A stretch of DNA of 51,694 nt from an uncultured Chlamydiae bacterium (GCA_963713615.1 CAVQMM010000003.1:1-51694); one strand, 5' to 3'; shown: positions 20,701 to 29,747, numbered from the stretch's first letter. Program-made: numbers and translations. The notes: generated by a model not told the origin, from the letters alone.

Positions 20701-23700
20701 GCTAGCATCTGCTTCAGAGCATCTCTGTCCTTAGCGGCTGTCTCTGCCTGCACTTTAGCTGCATCTATTTGCCCCTTCAGGTCTCTAGTTTCTGTTGTGG
20801 CTGTGGTTGTTGTATTTTTCAGTTGTCCTTCCAGGTATTTGATGCGATCATTCATCGCATTTACTTGCTTTTGAGCATCGCTTAAAGCTGTACTCTTTTC
20901 CCCTTGAGCATTCTGGGCTTTGAGCAGCTCTTCTTTGGTTTGCGCTAGCATTTGCTTCAGAGCATCTCTGTCCTTAGCGGCTGTCTCTGCCTGCACTTTA
21001 GCTGCATCTATTTGCCCCTTCAGGTCTCTAGTTTCTGTTGTGGCTGTGGTTGTTGTATTTTTCAGTTGTCCTTCCAGGTATTTGATGCGATCATTCATCG
21101 CATTTACTTGCTTTTGAGCATCGCTCAAAGCTGTACTCTTTTCCCCTTGAGCATTCTGGGCTTTGAGCAGCTCTTCTTTGGTTTGCGCTAGCATCTGTTT
21201 CAGAGCATCTCTATCCTTAGCGGCTGTCTCCGCCTGCACTTTAGCTGCATCTATTTGTCCCTTCAGGTCTCTAGTTTCTGTTGTGGCTGTGGTTGTTGTA
21301 TTTTTCAGCTGTCCTTCCAGGTATTTGATGCGATCATTCATCGCATTTACTTGCTTTTGAGCATCGCTCAAAGCTGTACTCTTTTCCCCTTGAGCATTCT
21401 GGGCTTTGAGCAGCTCTTCTTTGGTTTGCGCTAGCATCTGTTTCAGAGCATCTCTATCCTTAGCGGCTGTCTCCGCCTGCACTTTAGCTGCATCTATTTG
21501 TCCCTTCAGGTCTCTAGTTTCTGTTGTGGCTGTGGTTGTTGTATTTTTCAGCTGTCCTTCCAGGTATTTGATGCGATCATTCATCGCATTTACTTGCTTT
21601 TGAGCATCGCTTAAAGCTGTACTCTTTTCCCCCTGAGCATTCTGGGCTTTGAGCAGCTCTTCTTTGGTTTGCGCTAGCATCTGTTTCAGAGCATCTCTGT
21701 CCTTAGCGGCTGTCTCTGCCTGCACTTTAGCTGCATCTATTTGTCCCTTCAGGTCTCTAGTTTCTGTTGTGGCTGTGGTTGTTGTATTTTTCAGTTGTCC
21801 TTCCAGGTACTTGATGCGATCATTCATCGCATTCACTTGCTTTTGAGACTCACTCAGAGCTGTACTCTTTTCTCCTTGAGCATTCTGGGCTTTGAGCAAC
21901 TCTTCTTTGGTTTGCGCTAGCATCTGCTTCAGAGCATCTCTGTCCTTAACGGCTGTCTCTGCCTGCACTTTAGCTGCATCTATTTGCCCCTTCAGGTCTC
22001 TAGTTTCTGTTGTGGCTGTGGTTGTTGTATTTTTAAGCTGTCCTTCCAGGTATTTGATACGATCGTTCATTGCATTTACTTGCTTTTGAGCATCGCTCAA
22101 AGCTGTACTCTTTTCCCCTTGAGCATTCTGGGATTTGAGCAGCTCTTCTTTGGTTTGCGCTAGCATCTGTTTCAGAGCATCTCTGTCCTTAGCGGCTGTC
22201 TCCGCCTGCACTTTAGCTGCATCTATTTGCCCTTTCAGATCCCTCGTTTCCCTCGTTTCTGTTGTAACTGTGGTTGTCGCATTTTTGAGCTGTCCTTCCA
22301 GGTATTTGATGCGATCGTTCATTGCATTTACTTGCTTTTGAGACTCACTCAGAGCTGTACTCTTTTCTCCTTGAGCATTCTGGGCTTTGAGCAGCTCTTC
22401 TTTGGTTTGCGCTAGCATCTGTTTCAGAGCATCTCTGTCCTTAGCTGCTGTCTCTGCCTGCACTTTAGCTGCATCTATTTGTCCCTTCAGGTCTCTAGTT
22501 TCTGTTGTGGCTGTGGTTGTTGTATTTTTCAGTTGTCCTTCCAGGTACTTGATGCGATCATTCATCGCATTCACTTGCTTTTGAGACTCACTCAGAGCTG
22601 TACTCTTTTCTCCTTGAGCATTCTGGGCTTTGAGCAACTCTTCTTTGGTTTGCGCTAGCATCTGCTTCAGAGCATCTCTATCCTTAGCGGCTGTCTCCGC
22701 CTGCACTTTAGCTGCATCTATTTGTCCTTTCAGGTCTCTAGTTTCTGTTGTGGCTGTGGTTGTTGTATTTTTCAGTTGTCCTTCCAGGTATTTGATGCGA
22801 TCATTCATCGCATTTACTTGCTTTTGAGCATCGCTTAAAGCTGTACTCTTTTCCCCTTGAGCATTCTGGGCTTTGAGCAGCTCTTCTTTGGTTTGCGCTA
22901 GCATCTGTTTCAGAGCATCTCTGTCCTTAGCGGCTGTCTCTGCCTGCACTTTAGCTGCATCTATTTGTCCCTTCAGGTCTCTAGTTTCTGTTGTGGCTGT
23001 GGTTGTTGTATTTTTCAGTTGTCCTTCCAGGTATTTGATGCGATCATTCATCGCATTTACTTGCTTTTGAGCATCGCTTAAAGCTGTACTCTTTTCCCCT
23101 TGAGCATTCTGGGCTTTGAGCAGCTCTTCTTTGGTTTGCGCTAGCATCTGTTTCAGAGCATCTCTGTCCTTAGCGGCTGTCTCCGCCTGCACTTTAGCTG
23201 CATCTATTTGCCCTTTCAGATCCCTCGTTTCCCTCGTTTCTGTTGTAACTGTGGTTGTCGCATTTTTGAGCTGTCCTTCCAGGTATTTGATGCGATCGTT
23301 CATTGCATTTACTTGCTTTTGAGACTCACTCAGAGCTGTACTCTTTTCTCCTTGAGCATTCTGGGCTTTGAGCAGCTCTTCTTTGGTTTGCGCTAGCATC
23401 TGTTTCAGAGCATCTCTGTCCTTAGCTGCTGTCTCTGCCTGCACTTTAGCTGCATCTATTTGTCCTTTCAGATCCCTCGTTTCCCTCGTTTCTGTTGTAA
23501 CTGTGGTTGTCGCATTTTTGAGCTGTCCTTCCAGGTATTTGATGCGATCATTCATCGCATTTACTTGCTTTTGAGCATCGCTCAAAGCTGTACTCTTTTC
23601 CCCTTGAGCATTCTGGGATTTGAGCAGCTCTTCCTTGGTTTGCGCTAGCATCTGCTTCAGAGCATCTCTGTCCTTAGCGGCTGTCTCTGCCTGCACTTTA

Positions 23701-26700
23701 GCTGCATCTATTTGTCCTTTCAGATCCCTCGTTTCCCTCGTTTCTGTTGTAACTGTGGTTGTCGCATTTTTGAGCTGTCCTTCCAGGTATTTGATGCGAT
23801 CATTCATCGCATTTACTTGCTTTTGAGCATCGCTCAAAGCTGTACTCTTTTCCCCTTGAGCATTCTGGGATTTGAGCAGCTCTTCCTTGGTTTGCGCTAG
23901 CATCTGCTTCAGAGCATCTCTGTCCTTAGCGGCTGTCTCTGCCTGCACTTTAGCTGCATCTATTTGTCCTTTCAGATCCCTCGTTTCCCTCGTTTCTGTT
24001 GTAACTGTGGTTGTCGCATTTTTGAGCTGTCCTTCCAGGTATTTGATGCGATCATTCATCGCATTTACTTGCTTTTGAGCATCGCTCAAAGCTGTACTCT
24101 TTTCCCCTTGAGCATTCTGGGATTTGAGCAGCTCTTCCTTGGTTTGCGCTAGCATCTGCTTCAGAGCATCTCTGTCCTTAGCGGCTGTCTCTGCCTGCAC
24201 TTTAGCTGCATCTATTTGTCCCTTCAGGTCTCTAGTTTCTGTTGTGGCTGTGGTTGTTGTATTTTTCAGTTGTCCTTCCAGGTATTTGATGCGATCATTC
24301 ATCGCATTTACTTGCTTTTGAGACTCACTCAGAGCTGTACTCTTTTCTCCTTGAGCATTCTGGGCTTTGAGCAACTCTTCTTTGGTTTGCGCTAGCATCT
24401 GCTTCAGAGCATCTCTGTCCTTAGCGGCTGTCTCTGCCTGCACTTTAGCTGCATCTATTTGCCCCTTCAGGTCTCTAGTTTCTGTTGTGGCTGTGGTTGT
24501 TGTATTTTTAAGCTGTCCTTCCAGGTATTTGATACGATCGTTCATTGCATTTACTTGCTTTTGAGCATCGCTCAAAGCTGTACTCTTTTCTCCTTGAGCA
24601 TTCTGGGCTTTGAGCAGCTCTTCTTTGGTTTGCGCTAGCATCTGCTTCAGAGCATCTCTGTCCTTAGCGGCTGTCTCCGCCTGCACTTTAGCTGCATCTA
24701 TTTGTCCTTTCAGATCCCTCGTTTCTGTTGTAACTGTGGTTGTCGCATTTTTGAGCTGTCCTTCCAGGTATTTGATGCGATCATTCATCGCATTTACTTG
24801 CTTTTGAGCATCGCTCAAAGCTGTACTCTTTTCCCCTTGAGCATTCTGGGATTTGAGCAGCTCTTCCTTGGTTTGCGCTAGCATCTGCTTCAGAGCATCT
24901 CTATCCTTAGCGGCTGTCTCTGCCTGCACTTTAGCTGCATCTATTTGCCCCTTCAGGTCTCTAGTTTCTGTTGTGGCTGTGGTTGTTGTATTTTTCAGTT
25001 GTCCTTCCAGGTATTTGATGCGATCATTCATCGCATTCACTTGCTTTTGAGCATCGCTCAAAGCTGTACTCTTTTCTCCTTGAGCATTCTGGGCTTTGAG
25101 CAGCTCTTCTTTGGTTTGCGCTAGCATCTGTTTCAGAGCATCTCTGTCCTTAGCGGCTGTCTCCGCCTGCACTTTAGCTGCATCTATTTGTCCCCTCAGG
25201 TCTCTAGTTTCTGTTGTGGCTGTGGTTGTTGTATTTTTCAGTTGTCCTTCCAGGTACTTGATGCGATCATTCATCGCATTCACTTGCTTTTGAGACTCAC
25301 TCAGAGCTGTACTCTTTTCTCCTTGAGCATTCTGGGCTTTGAGCAACTCTTCTTTGGTTTGCGCTAGCATCTGCTTCAGAGCATCTCTGTCCTTAGCGGC
25401 TGTCTCTGCCTGCACTTTAGCTGCATCTATTTGCCCCTTCAGGTCTCTAGTTTCTGTTGTGGCTGTGGTTGTTGTATTTTTCAGTTGTCCTTCCAGGTAT
25501 TTGATGCGATCATTCATCGCATTTACTTGCTTTTGAGCATCGCTTAAAGCTGTACTCTTTTCCCCTTGAGCATTCTGGGCTTTGAGCAGCTCTTCTTTGG
25601 TTTGCGCTAGCATCTGTTTCAGAGCATCTCTGTCCTTAGCGGCTGTCTCCGCCTGCACTTTAGCTGCATCTATTTGTCCCTTCAGGTCTCTAGTTTCTGT
25701 TGTGGCTGTGGTTGTTGTATTTTTAAGCTGTCCTTCCAGGTATTTGATGCGATCATTCATCGCATTTACTTGCTTTTGAGCATCGCTCAAAGCTGTACTC
25801 TTTTCCCCTTGAGCATTCTGGGCTTTGAGCAGCTCTTCTTTGGTTTGCGCTAGCATCTGCTTCAGAGCATCTCTGTCCTTAGCGGCTGTCTCCGCCTGCA
25901 CTTTAGCTGCATCTATTTGTCCCTTCAGGTCTCTAGTTTCTGTTGTGGCTGTCGTTGTTGTATTTTTAAGCTGTCCTTCCAGGTATTTGATGCGATCATT
26001 CATCGCATTTACTTGCTTTTGAGCATCGCTCAAAGCTGTACTCTTTTCCCCTTGAGCATTCTGGGCTTTGAGCAGCTCTTCTTTGGTTTGCGCTAGCATC
26101 TGTTTCAGAGCATCTCTGTCCTTAGCGGCTGTCTCCGCCTGCACTTTAGCTGCATCTATTTGTCCCTTCAGGTCTCTAGTTTCTGTTGTGGCTGTCGTTG
26201 TTGTATTTTTAAGCTGTCCTTCCAGGTATTTGATGCGATCATTCATCGCATTCACTTGCTTTTGAGCATCGCTCAAAGCTGTACTCTTTTCTCCTTGAGC
26301 ATTCTGGGCTTTGAGCAGCTCTTCTTTGGTTTGCGCTAGCATCTGTTTCAGAGCATCTCTGTCCTTAGCGGCTATCTCCGCCTGCACTTTAGCTGCATCT
26401 ATTTGTCCCTTCAGGTCTCTAGTTTCTGTTGTGGCTGTCGTTGTTGTATTTTTAAGCTGTCCTTCCAGGTATTTGATGCGATCGTTCATTGCATTTACTT
26501 GCTTTTGAGACTCACTCAGAGCTGTACTCTTTTCTCCTTGAGCATTCTGGGCTTTGAGCAGCTCTTCTTTGGTTTGCGCTAGCATCTGCTTCAGAGCATC
26601 TCTGTCCTTAGCGGCTGTCTCTGCCTGCACTTTAGCTGCATCTATTTGCCCCTTCAGGTCTCTAGTTTCTGTTGTGGCTGTGGTTGTTGTATTTTTCAGT

Positions 26701-29261
26701 TGTCCTTCCAGGTATTTGATGCGATCATTCATCGCATTTACTTGCTTTTGAGCATCGCTTAAAGCTGTACTCTTTTCCCCCTGAGCATTCTGGGCTTTGA
26801 GCAGCTCTTCTTTGGTTTGCGCTAGCATCTGTTTCAGAGCATCTCTGTCCTTAGCGGCTGTCTCTGCCTGCACTTTAGCTGCATCTATTTGTCCCTTCAG
26901 GTCTCTAGTTTCTGTTGTGGCTGTGGTTGTTGTATTTTTCAGTTGTCCTTCCAGGTACTTGATGCGATCATTCATCGCATTCACTTGCTTTTGAGACTCA
27001 CTCAGAGCTGTACTCTTTTCTCCTTGAGCATTCTGGGCTTTGAGCAACTCTTCTTTGGTTTGCGCTAGCATCTGCTTCAGAGCATCTCTGTCCTTAGCGG
27101 CTGTCTCTGCCTGCACTTTAGCTGCATCTATTTGCCCCTTCAGGTCTCTAGTTTCTGTTGTGGCTGTGGTTGTTGTATTTTTAAGCTGTCCTTCCAGGTA
27201 TTTGATGCGATCATTCATCGCATTTACTTGCTTTTGAGCATCGCTTAAAGCTGTACTCTTTTCCCCCTGAGCATTCTGGGCTTTGAGCAGCTCTTCTTTG
27301 GTTTGCGCTAGCATCTGTTTCAGAGCATCTCTGTCCTTAGCGGCTGTCTCTGCCTGCACTTTAGCTGCATCTATTTGTCCCTTCAGGTCTCTAGTTTCTG
27401 TTGTGGCTGTGGTTGTTGTATTTTTCAGTTGTCCTTCCAGGTACTTGATGCGATCATTCATCGCATTCACTTGCTTTTGAGACTCACTCAGAGCTGTACT
27501 CTTTTCCCCTTGAGCATTCTGGGCTTTGAGCAACTCTTCTTTGGTTTGCGCTAGCATCTGCTTCAGAGCATCTCTGTCCTTAGCGGCTGTCTCTGCCTGC
27601 ACTTTAGCTGCATCTATTTGCCCCTTCAGGTCTCTAGTTTCTGTTGTGGCTGTGGTTGTTGTATTTTTCAGTTGTCCTTCCAGGTATTTGATGCGATCAT
27701 TCATCGCATTTACTTGCTTTTGAGCATCGCTTAAAGCTGTACTCTTTTCCCCTTGAGCATTCTGGGCTTTGAGCAGCTCTTCTTTGGTTTGCGCTAGCAT
27801 TTGCTTCAGAGCATCTCTGTCCTTAGCGGCTGTCTCTGCCTGCACTTTAGCTGCATCTATTTGCCCCTTCAGGTCTCTAGTTTCTGTTGTGGCTGTGGTT
27901 GTTGTATTTTTAAGCTGTCCTTCCAGGTATTTGATGCGATCATTCATCGCATTTACTTGCTTTTGAGCATCGCTCAAAGCTGTACTCTTTTCCCCTTGAG
28001 CATTCTGGGCTTTGAGCAGCTCTTCTTTGGTTTGCGCTAGCATCTGTTTCAGAGCATCTCTGTCCTTAGCGGCTGTCTCCGCCTGCACTTTAGCTGCACT
28101 TATATCTTCAGCTACCTTCGCGTTTACAGTCTCCATTTGCCCTTTGAGATCTCGCACATCTGTTAAGGCTGCCGTCTTTTCGGCCTGGGCATTTTTGAGT
28201 TGCTCTTCCAAGTACTTGATGCGATCGTTCATCGCATTGACTTGCTTCTGAGACTCACTCAGCGTTGTGCTTTTTTGTCCTTGGGTATTCTGCGCATTGA
28301 TTAGCTGTTCCTTCGTTTGAATCAACATTTGCTTGAGGGATTCCCTGTCCTTGGCAGAGGCTTCCTTCAAACTTTCTATCTGCCTCAAAAGTTCCTGATT
28401 AACATAGCTTTCTTCATCCTTTGCCCGATTGGCAGCTTCCAACTCACCCTGCATCTTGGCATAATCGGCATTATGAACCTCTGCCCCAGGCACTTCATGC
28501 ACCTCTCCAGGCACTTCTGTGGCCTTCTCCGGCGCTTCTGCTTCCTTAACCTCTGGCATGCCAAGGACTATGCCCAATTTTGGGTCATAATAGGCCCCTG
28601 TCATCACCCAATTAGAGTCATGAGGAACGGTTTCTTTTATCCAAATCCAACCTTCAACCCCAGTTCTGGAATTGAACCCTCCCCTAGGCTTTGTCTTTGC
28701 CCTTAAAACGGGCATTTCCCCCGCCCTCCCCACAGGTACTAGCTCTATCGTATGCCCATACTTTGGAATTAATTGTTGTAGGTGGTTCGCTACAATGAAT
28801 TGCTCAAACTCAGGGTCTTGCTTGAATACCGCCACCCACTTGGGGTTGCCCAACTCGTTAGCATAAACCTCTCGCAAAAACTCTTTGACATGCGCATGCC
28901 CCGGGTAGCGTTTTTCAAACTTCCCGCCATATTGGTCTATAGCTCCCTGCAAATCTCTATCCTGTGCTTGCCTTCTGGCTAAATCACTCAAAAATATTAT
29001 CCCAATATTCGGATCCGTCTCCGGATGGCTTTGAGCAAAAACCTCCCAATCATTACCATGCTGAACAACCGTCAAATCACGATTGGCGGCGGTGGCTTGC
29101 TTGATGGATTCTTCGATGTATGCCTTGGCTGCCGGATTAAGACTTGGCAAGTGAACAGTCATTGAAAGGGTGGGATCTGGAGCTTCTTCTGCCCAGGCGC
29201 CAGGGATGCTCACCCCGATCAACAATATACTCAATAGAGTTGCAAACCATAGTCGACTCAT
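14718..29261 (-). CDS. Giant secreted coiled-coil repeat protein (~4847 aa)
   Basis: Uninterrupted ORF (track 14718-29279). Preferred start ATG 29261 gives a signal peptide MSRLWFATLLSILLIGVSIPGAWA and has AGGTGA upstream; ~47-48 repeats of 81 aa. Confidence 0.92.
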   Translation of the reverse strand: MSRLWFATLLSILLIGVSIPGAWAEEAPDPTLSMTVHLPSLNPAAKAYIEESIKQATAANRDLTVVQHGNDWEVFAQSHPETDPNIGIIFLSDLARRQAQDRDLQGAIDQYGGKFEKRYPGHAHVKEFLREVYANELGNPKWVAVFKQDPEFEQFIVANHLQQLIPKYGHTIELVPVGRAGEMPVLRAKTKPRGGFNSRTGVEGWIWIKETVPHDSNWVMTGAYYDPKLGIVLGMPEVKEAEAPEKATEVPGEVHEVPGAEVHNADYAKMQGELEAANRAKDEESYVNQELLRQIESLKEASAKDRESLKQMLIQTKEQLINAQNTQGQKSTTLSESQKQVNAMNDRIKYLEEQLKNAQAEKTAALTDVRDLKGQMETVNAKVAEDISAAKVQAETAAKDRDALKQMLAQTKEELLKAQNAQGEKSTALSDAQKQVNAMNDRIKYLEGQLKNTTTTATTETRDLKGQIDAAKVQAETAAKDRDALKQMLAQTKEELLKAQNAQGEKSTALSDAQKQVNAMNDRIKYLEGQLKNTTTTATTETRDLKGQIDAAKVQAETAAKDRDALKQMLAQTKEELLKAQNAQGEKSTALSESQKQVNAMNDRIKYLEGQLKNTTTTATTETRDLKGQIDAAKVQAETAAKDRDALKQMLAQTKEELLKAQNAQGEKSTALSDAQKQVNAMNDRIKYLEGQLKNTTTTATTETRDLKGQIDAAKVQAETAAKDRDALKQMLAQTKEELLKAQNAQGEKSTALSESQKQVNAMNDRIKYLEGQLKNTTTTATTETRDLKGQIDAAKVQAETAAKDRDALKQMLAQTKEELLKAQNAQGEKSTALSDAQKQVNAMNDRIKYLEGQLKNTTTTATTETRDLKGQIDAAKVQAETAAKDRDALKQMLAQTKEELLKAQNAQGEKSTALSESQKQVNAMNDRIKYLEGQLKNTTTTATTETRDLKGQIDAAKVQAEIAAKDRDALKQMLAQTKEELLKAQNAQGEKSTALSDAQKQVNAMNDRIKYLEGQLKNTTTTATTETRDLKGQIDAAKVQAETAAKDRDALKQMLAQTKEELLKAQNAQGEKSTALSDAQKQVNAMNDRIKYLEGQLKNTTTTATTETRDLKGQIDAAKVQAETAAKDRDALKQMLAQTKEELLKAQNAQGEKSTALSDAQKQVNAMNDRIKYLEGQLKNTTTTATTETRDLKGQIDAAKVQAETAAKDRDALKQMLAQTKEELLKAQNAQGEKSTALSDAQKQVNAMNDRIKYLEGQLKNTTTTATTETRDLKGQIDAAKVQAETAAKDRDALKQMLAQTKEELLKAQNAQGEKSTALSESQKQVNAMNDRIKYLEGQLKNTTTTATTETRDLRGQIDAAKVQAETAAKDRDALKQMLAQTKEELLKAQNAQGEKSTALSDAQKQVNAMNDRIKYLEGQLKNTTTTATTETRDLKGQIDAAKVQAETAAKDRDALKQMLAQTKEELLKSQNAQGEKSTALSDAQKQVNAMNDRIKYLEGQLKNATTTVTTETRDLKGQIDAAKVQAETAAKDRDALKQMLAQTKEELLKAQNAQGEKSTALSDAQKQVNAMNDRIKYLEGQLKNTTTTATTETRDLKGQIDAAKVQAETAAKDRDALKQMLAQTKEELLKAQNAQGEKSTALSESQKQVNAMNDRIKYLEGQLKNTTTTATTETRDLKGQIDAAKVQAETAAKDRDALKQMLAQTKEELLKSQNAQGEKSTALSDAQKQVNAMNDRIKYLEGQLKNATTTVTTETRETRDLKGQIDAAKVQAETAAKDRDALKQMLAQTKEELLKSQNAQGEKSTALSDAQKQVNAMNDRIKYLEGQLKNATTTVTTETRETRDLKGQIDAAKVQAETAAKDRDALKQMLAQTKEELLKSQNAQGEKSTALSDAQKQVNAMNDRIKYLEGQLKNATTTVTTETRETRDLKGQIDAAKVQAETAAKDRDALKQMLAQTKEELLKAQNAQGEKSTALSESQKQVNAMNDRIKYLEGQLKNATTTVTTETRETRDLKGQIDAAKVQAETAAKDRDALKQMLAQTKEELLKAQNAQGEKSTALSDAQKQVNAMNDRIKYLEGQLKNTTTTATTETRDLKGQIDAAKVQAETAAKDRDALKQMLAQTKEELLKAQNAQGEKSTALSDAQKQVNAMNDRIKYLEGQLKNTTTTATTETRDLKGQIDAAKVQAETAAKDRDALKQMLAQTKEELLKAQNAQGEKSTALSESQKQVNAMNDRIKYLEGQLKNTTTTATTETRDLKGQIDAAKVQAETAAKDRDALKQMLAQTKEELLKAQNAQGEKSTALSESQKQVNAMNDRIKYLEGQLKNATTTVTTETRETRDLKGQIDAAKVQAETAAKDRDALKQMLAQTKEELLKSQNAQGEKSTALSDAQKQVNAMNDRIKYLEGQLKNTTTTATTETRDLKGQIDAAKVQAETAVKDRDALKQMLAQTKEELLKAQNAQGEKSTALSESQKQVNAMNDRIKYLEGQLKNTTTTATTETRDLKGQIDAAKVQAETAAKDRDALKQMLAQTKEELLKAQNAQGEKSTALSDAQKQVNAMNDRIKYLEGQLKNTTTTATTETRDLKGQIDAAKVQAETAAKDRDALKQMLAQTKEELLKAQNAQGEKSTALSDAQKQVNAMNDRIKYLEGQLKNTTTTATTETRDLKGQIDAAKVQAETAAKDRDALKQMLAQTKEELLKAQNAQGEKSTALSDAQKQVNAMNDRIKYLEGQLKNTTTTATTETRDLKGQIDAAKVQAETAAKDRDALKQMLAQTKEELLKAQNAQGEKSTALSDAQKQVNAMNDRIKYLEGQLKNTTTTATTETRDLKGQIDAAKVQAETAAKDRDALKQMLAQTKEELLKAQNAQGEKSTALSESQKQVNAMNDRIKYLEGQLKNTTTTATTETRDLKGQIDAAKVQAETAAKDRDALKQMLAQTKEELLKAQNAQGEKSTALSDAQKQVNAMNDRIKYLEGQLKNTTTTATTETRDLKGQIDAAKVQAETAAKDRDALKQMLAQTKEELLKAQNAQGEKSTALSESQKQVNAMNDRIKYLEGQLKNTTTTATTETRDLKGQIDAAKVQAETAAKDRDALKQMLAQTKEELLKAQNAQGEKSTALSDAQKQVNAMNDRIKYLEGQLKNTTTTATTETRDLKGQIDAAKVQAETAAKDRDALKQMLAQTKEELLKAQNAQGEKSTALSESQKQVNAMNDRIKYLEGQLKNTTTTATTETRDLKGQIDAAKVQAETAAKDRDALKQMLAQTKEELLKSQNAQGEKSTALSDAQKQVNAMNDRIKYLEGQLKNATTTVTTETRDLKGQIDAAKVQAETAAKDRDALKQMLAQTKEELLKAQNAQGEKSTALSGAQKQVNAMNDRIKYLEGQLKNTTTTATTETRDLKGQIDAAKVQAETAAKDRDALKQMLAQTKEELLKAQNAQGEKSTALSDAQKQVNAMNDRIKYLEGQLKNTTTTATTETRDLKGQIDAAKVQAETAAKDRDALKQMLAQTKEELLKAQNAQGEKSTALSDAQKQVNAMNDRIKYLEGQLKNTTTTATTETRDLKGQIDAAKVQAETAAKDRDALKQMLAQTKEELLKAQNAQGEKSTALSDAQKQVNAMNDRIKYLEGQLKNTTTTATTETRDLKGQIDAAKVQAETAAKDRDALKQMLVQTKEELLKAQNAQGEKSTALSDAQKQVNAMNDRIKYLEGQLKNTTTTATTETRDLKGQIDAAKVQAETAAKDRDALKQMLAQTKEELLKAQNAQGEKSTALSDAQKQVNAMNDRIKYLEGQLKNTTTTATTETRDLKGQIDAAKVQAETAAKDRDALKQMLAQTKEELLKAQNAQGEKSTALSESQKQVNAMNDRIKYLEGQLKNTTTTATTETRDLKGQIDAAKVQAETAAKDRDALKQMLAQTKEELLKAQNGQGEKSTALSEAQKQVNAMNDRIKYLEEQLGRGNDEIKTLTERLKNKEENTIAKITLINESRRVSKENQDLKDQVETAAKDRDALKQMLVQTKEELLKAQNGQGEKSTALSEAQKQVNAMNDRIKYLEEQLKNTTTTATTEIRDLKGQIDLAKAKAREDTSAAKEQVDSAAKDRDALKQMLAQTKEELLKAQNAQGEKSTALSESQKQVNAMNDRIKYLEEQLKNTTTTATTETRDLKGQIDAAKVQAETAAKDRDALKQMLAQTKEELLKAQNAQGEKSTALSESQKQVNAMNDRIKYLEGQVKTTTEATQKSQSDAITELIKKKDREFEIGEKRAVDDAVSRAIAAEQAKAGQLAKSLQNDLDKARAERDQARQAAKDRINQLENQLRTVNLKPATTEQPEKGATGGNGSNKNEEQAKPPAQKTIEEARQDELDRLKEIYAKYPELYPSFLNEMEKYASQNDPQYRYMFNWIYTTTGKVNLVEYLDEKNLVNDYLSLASKVYGLNEGNKPRVEDIKGALNKELDRLGLQYSLRDKWYDQSCQGENCGKRWGEGSTSLYALLVRPYQMVLNIYEADQNKNNNETNKESTTEQKPEEKEQIVAATTKINDDIEARRRKAHKNLIEIENSYPVVKEFWKTNKYHLNYLKVNGKEYLHAPFQHEAYWEALLIEIEKYSPEERQQFIDYARKALQIGDNVELSARGGYGNLQMIRSSLGLDINNKWAGDSCGDESCGIKWGEDRGNVTSLTNLLDHAQAILNALSRARLQGIATQVTESESACTQQSRIVDNIKYLNETYPWVLDFYLSATKNNGKLTNKNFKEKFKEWEPQSTAWYSKLPVINYFTNWYYKRYVFDYELKNWFILATEGYDLNDKTITEFQLSNAVRLWSVRVNGLLRGSNCTNGSNLQEFQNMVLSLYDSSAGSLNLKKD
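16600..28350 (-). repeat. Intragenic tandem array of 243-bp units (five 252-bp variants), ~47-48 copies
   Basis: Antisense ORF starts recur every 243 bp, with 252-bp spacing at 22135, 23116, 23368, 23620 and 23872; the end units are diverged. Confidence 0.97.
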
Positions 29262-29528
29262 TGCATCACCTAGCAACATATTAATTATACTTACATCAAA
29301 CCATTCATTTAGTATTATAAAATCAAATTATTTATTTAATAAAGATTTTTATTTAAAAGTGTGGCTTATGGTAGATAAATTTAATCACAATAGAAAACAA
29401 ACGATTACAGGACTGCCGTCTGGCCAAGATTAGGGATGTAAGCCGTGTTGATCCTCTTTAATTCTTGGACCTCCCTGGATAAAAAATAAATTAGAAATAG
29501 CCGAAAGAAACAAGGCTTCCTATGTGCT

Positions 29529-29553
29529 GCAGTCAGAAAATGACTGCGCCACA
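29529..29553 (-). repeat. Single family B REP
   Basis: GCAGTCA-GAAAA-TGACTGC-GCCACA. Confidence 0.65.
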
Positions 29554-29587
29554 TAAGAAGCGCTCCCAATTCTTCGCAAGATTTTTT

Positions 29588-29747
29588 GGCCTTATTCACC
29601 TTTGCGGTCAGTTTTCGGTCGACTGCAAAAGGATCGTCTGTCGCGTTTTGCTCCTCGGACATAGCTGGCGCTATGCCCTCGTCACAAACCACGACATCCG
29701 ACCTTTTTCGTCCGACCGAAATTCTGACCGTAAAGGTGAACAAGGCC
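29588..29747 (-). mobile_element. 160-bp MITE (family A), copy 3, inverted
   Basis: Reverse complement of copy 1; TSD GATTTTTT at 29580-29587 and 29748-29755. Confidence 0.93.

Noticed and set aside
16696..28251. Dozens of near-identical 62-79 aa plus-strand ORFs
   Set aside because: Antisense shadows of the repeat array; mostly TTG starts, no RBS, and they repeat with the 243-bp period
16600..28350. CRISPR-like array
   Set aside because: Units are contiguous 243-bp coding repeats with no unique spacers, and no cas genes are present
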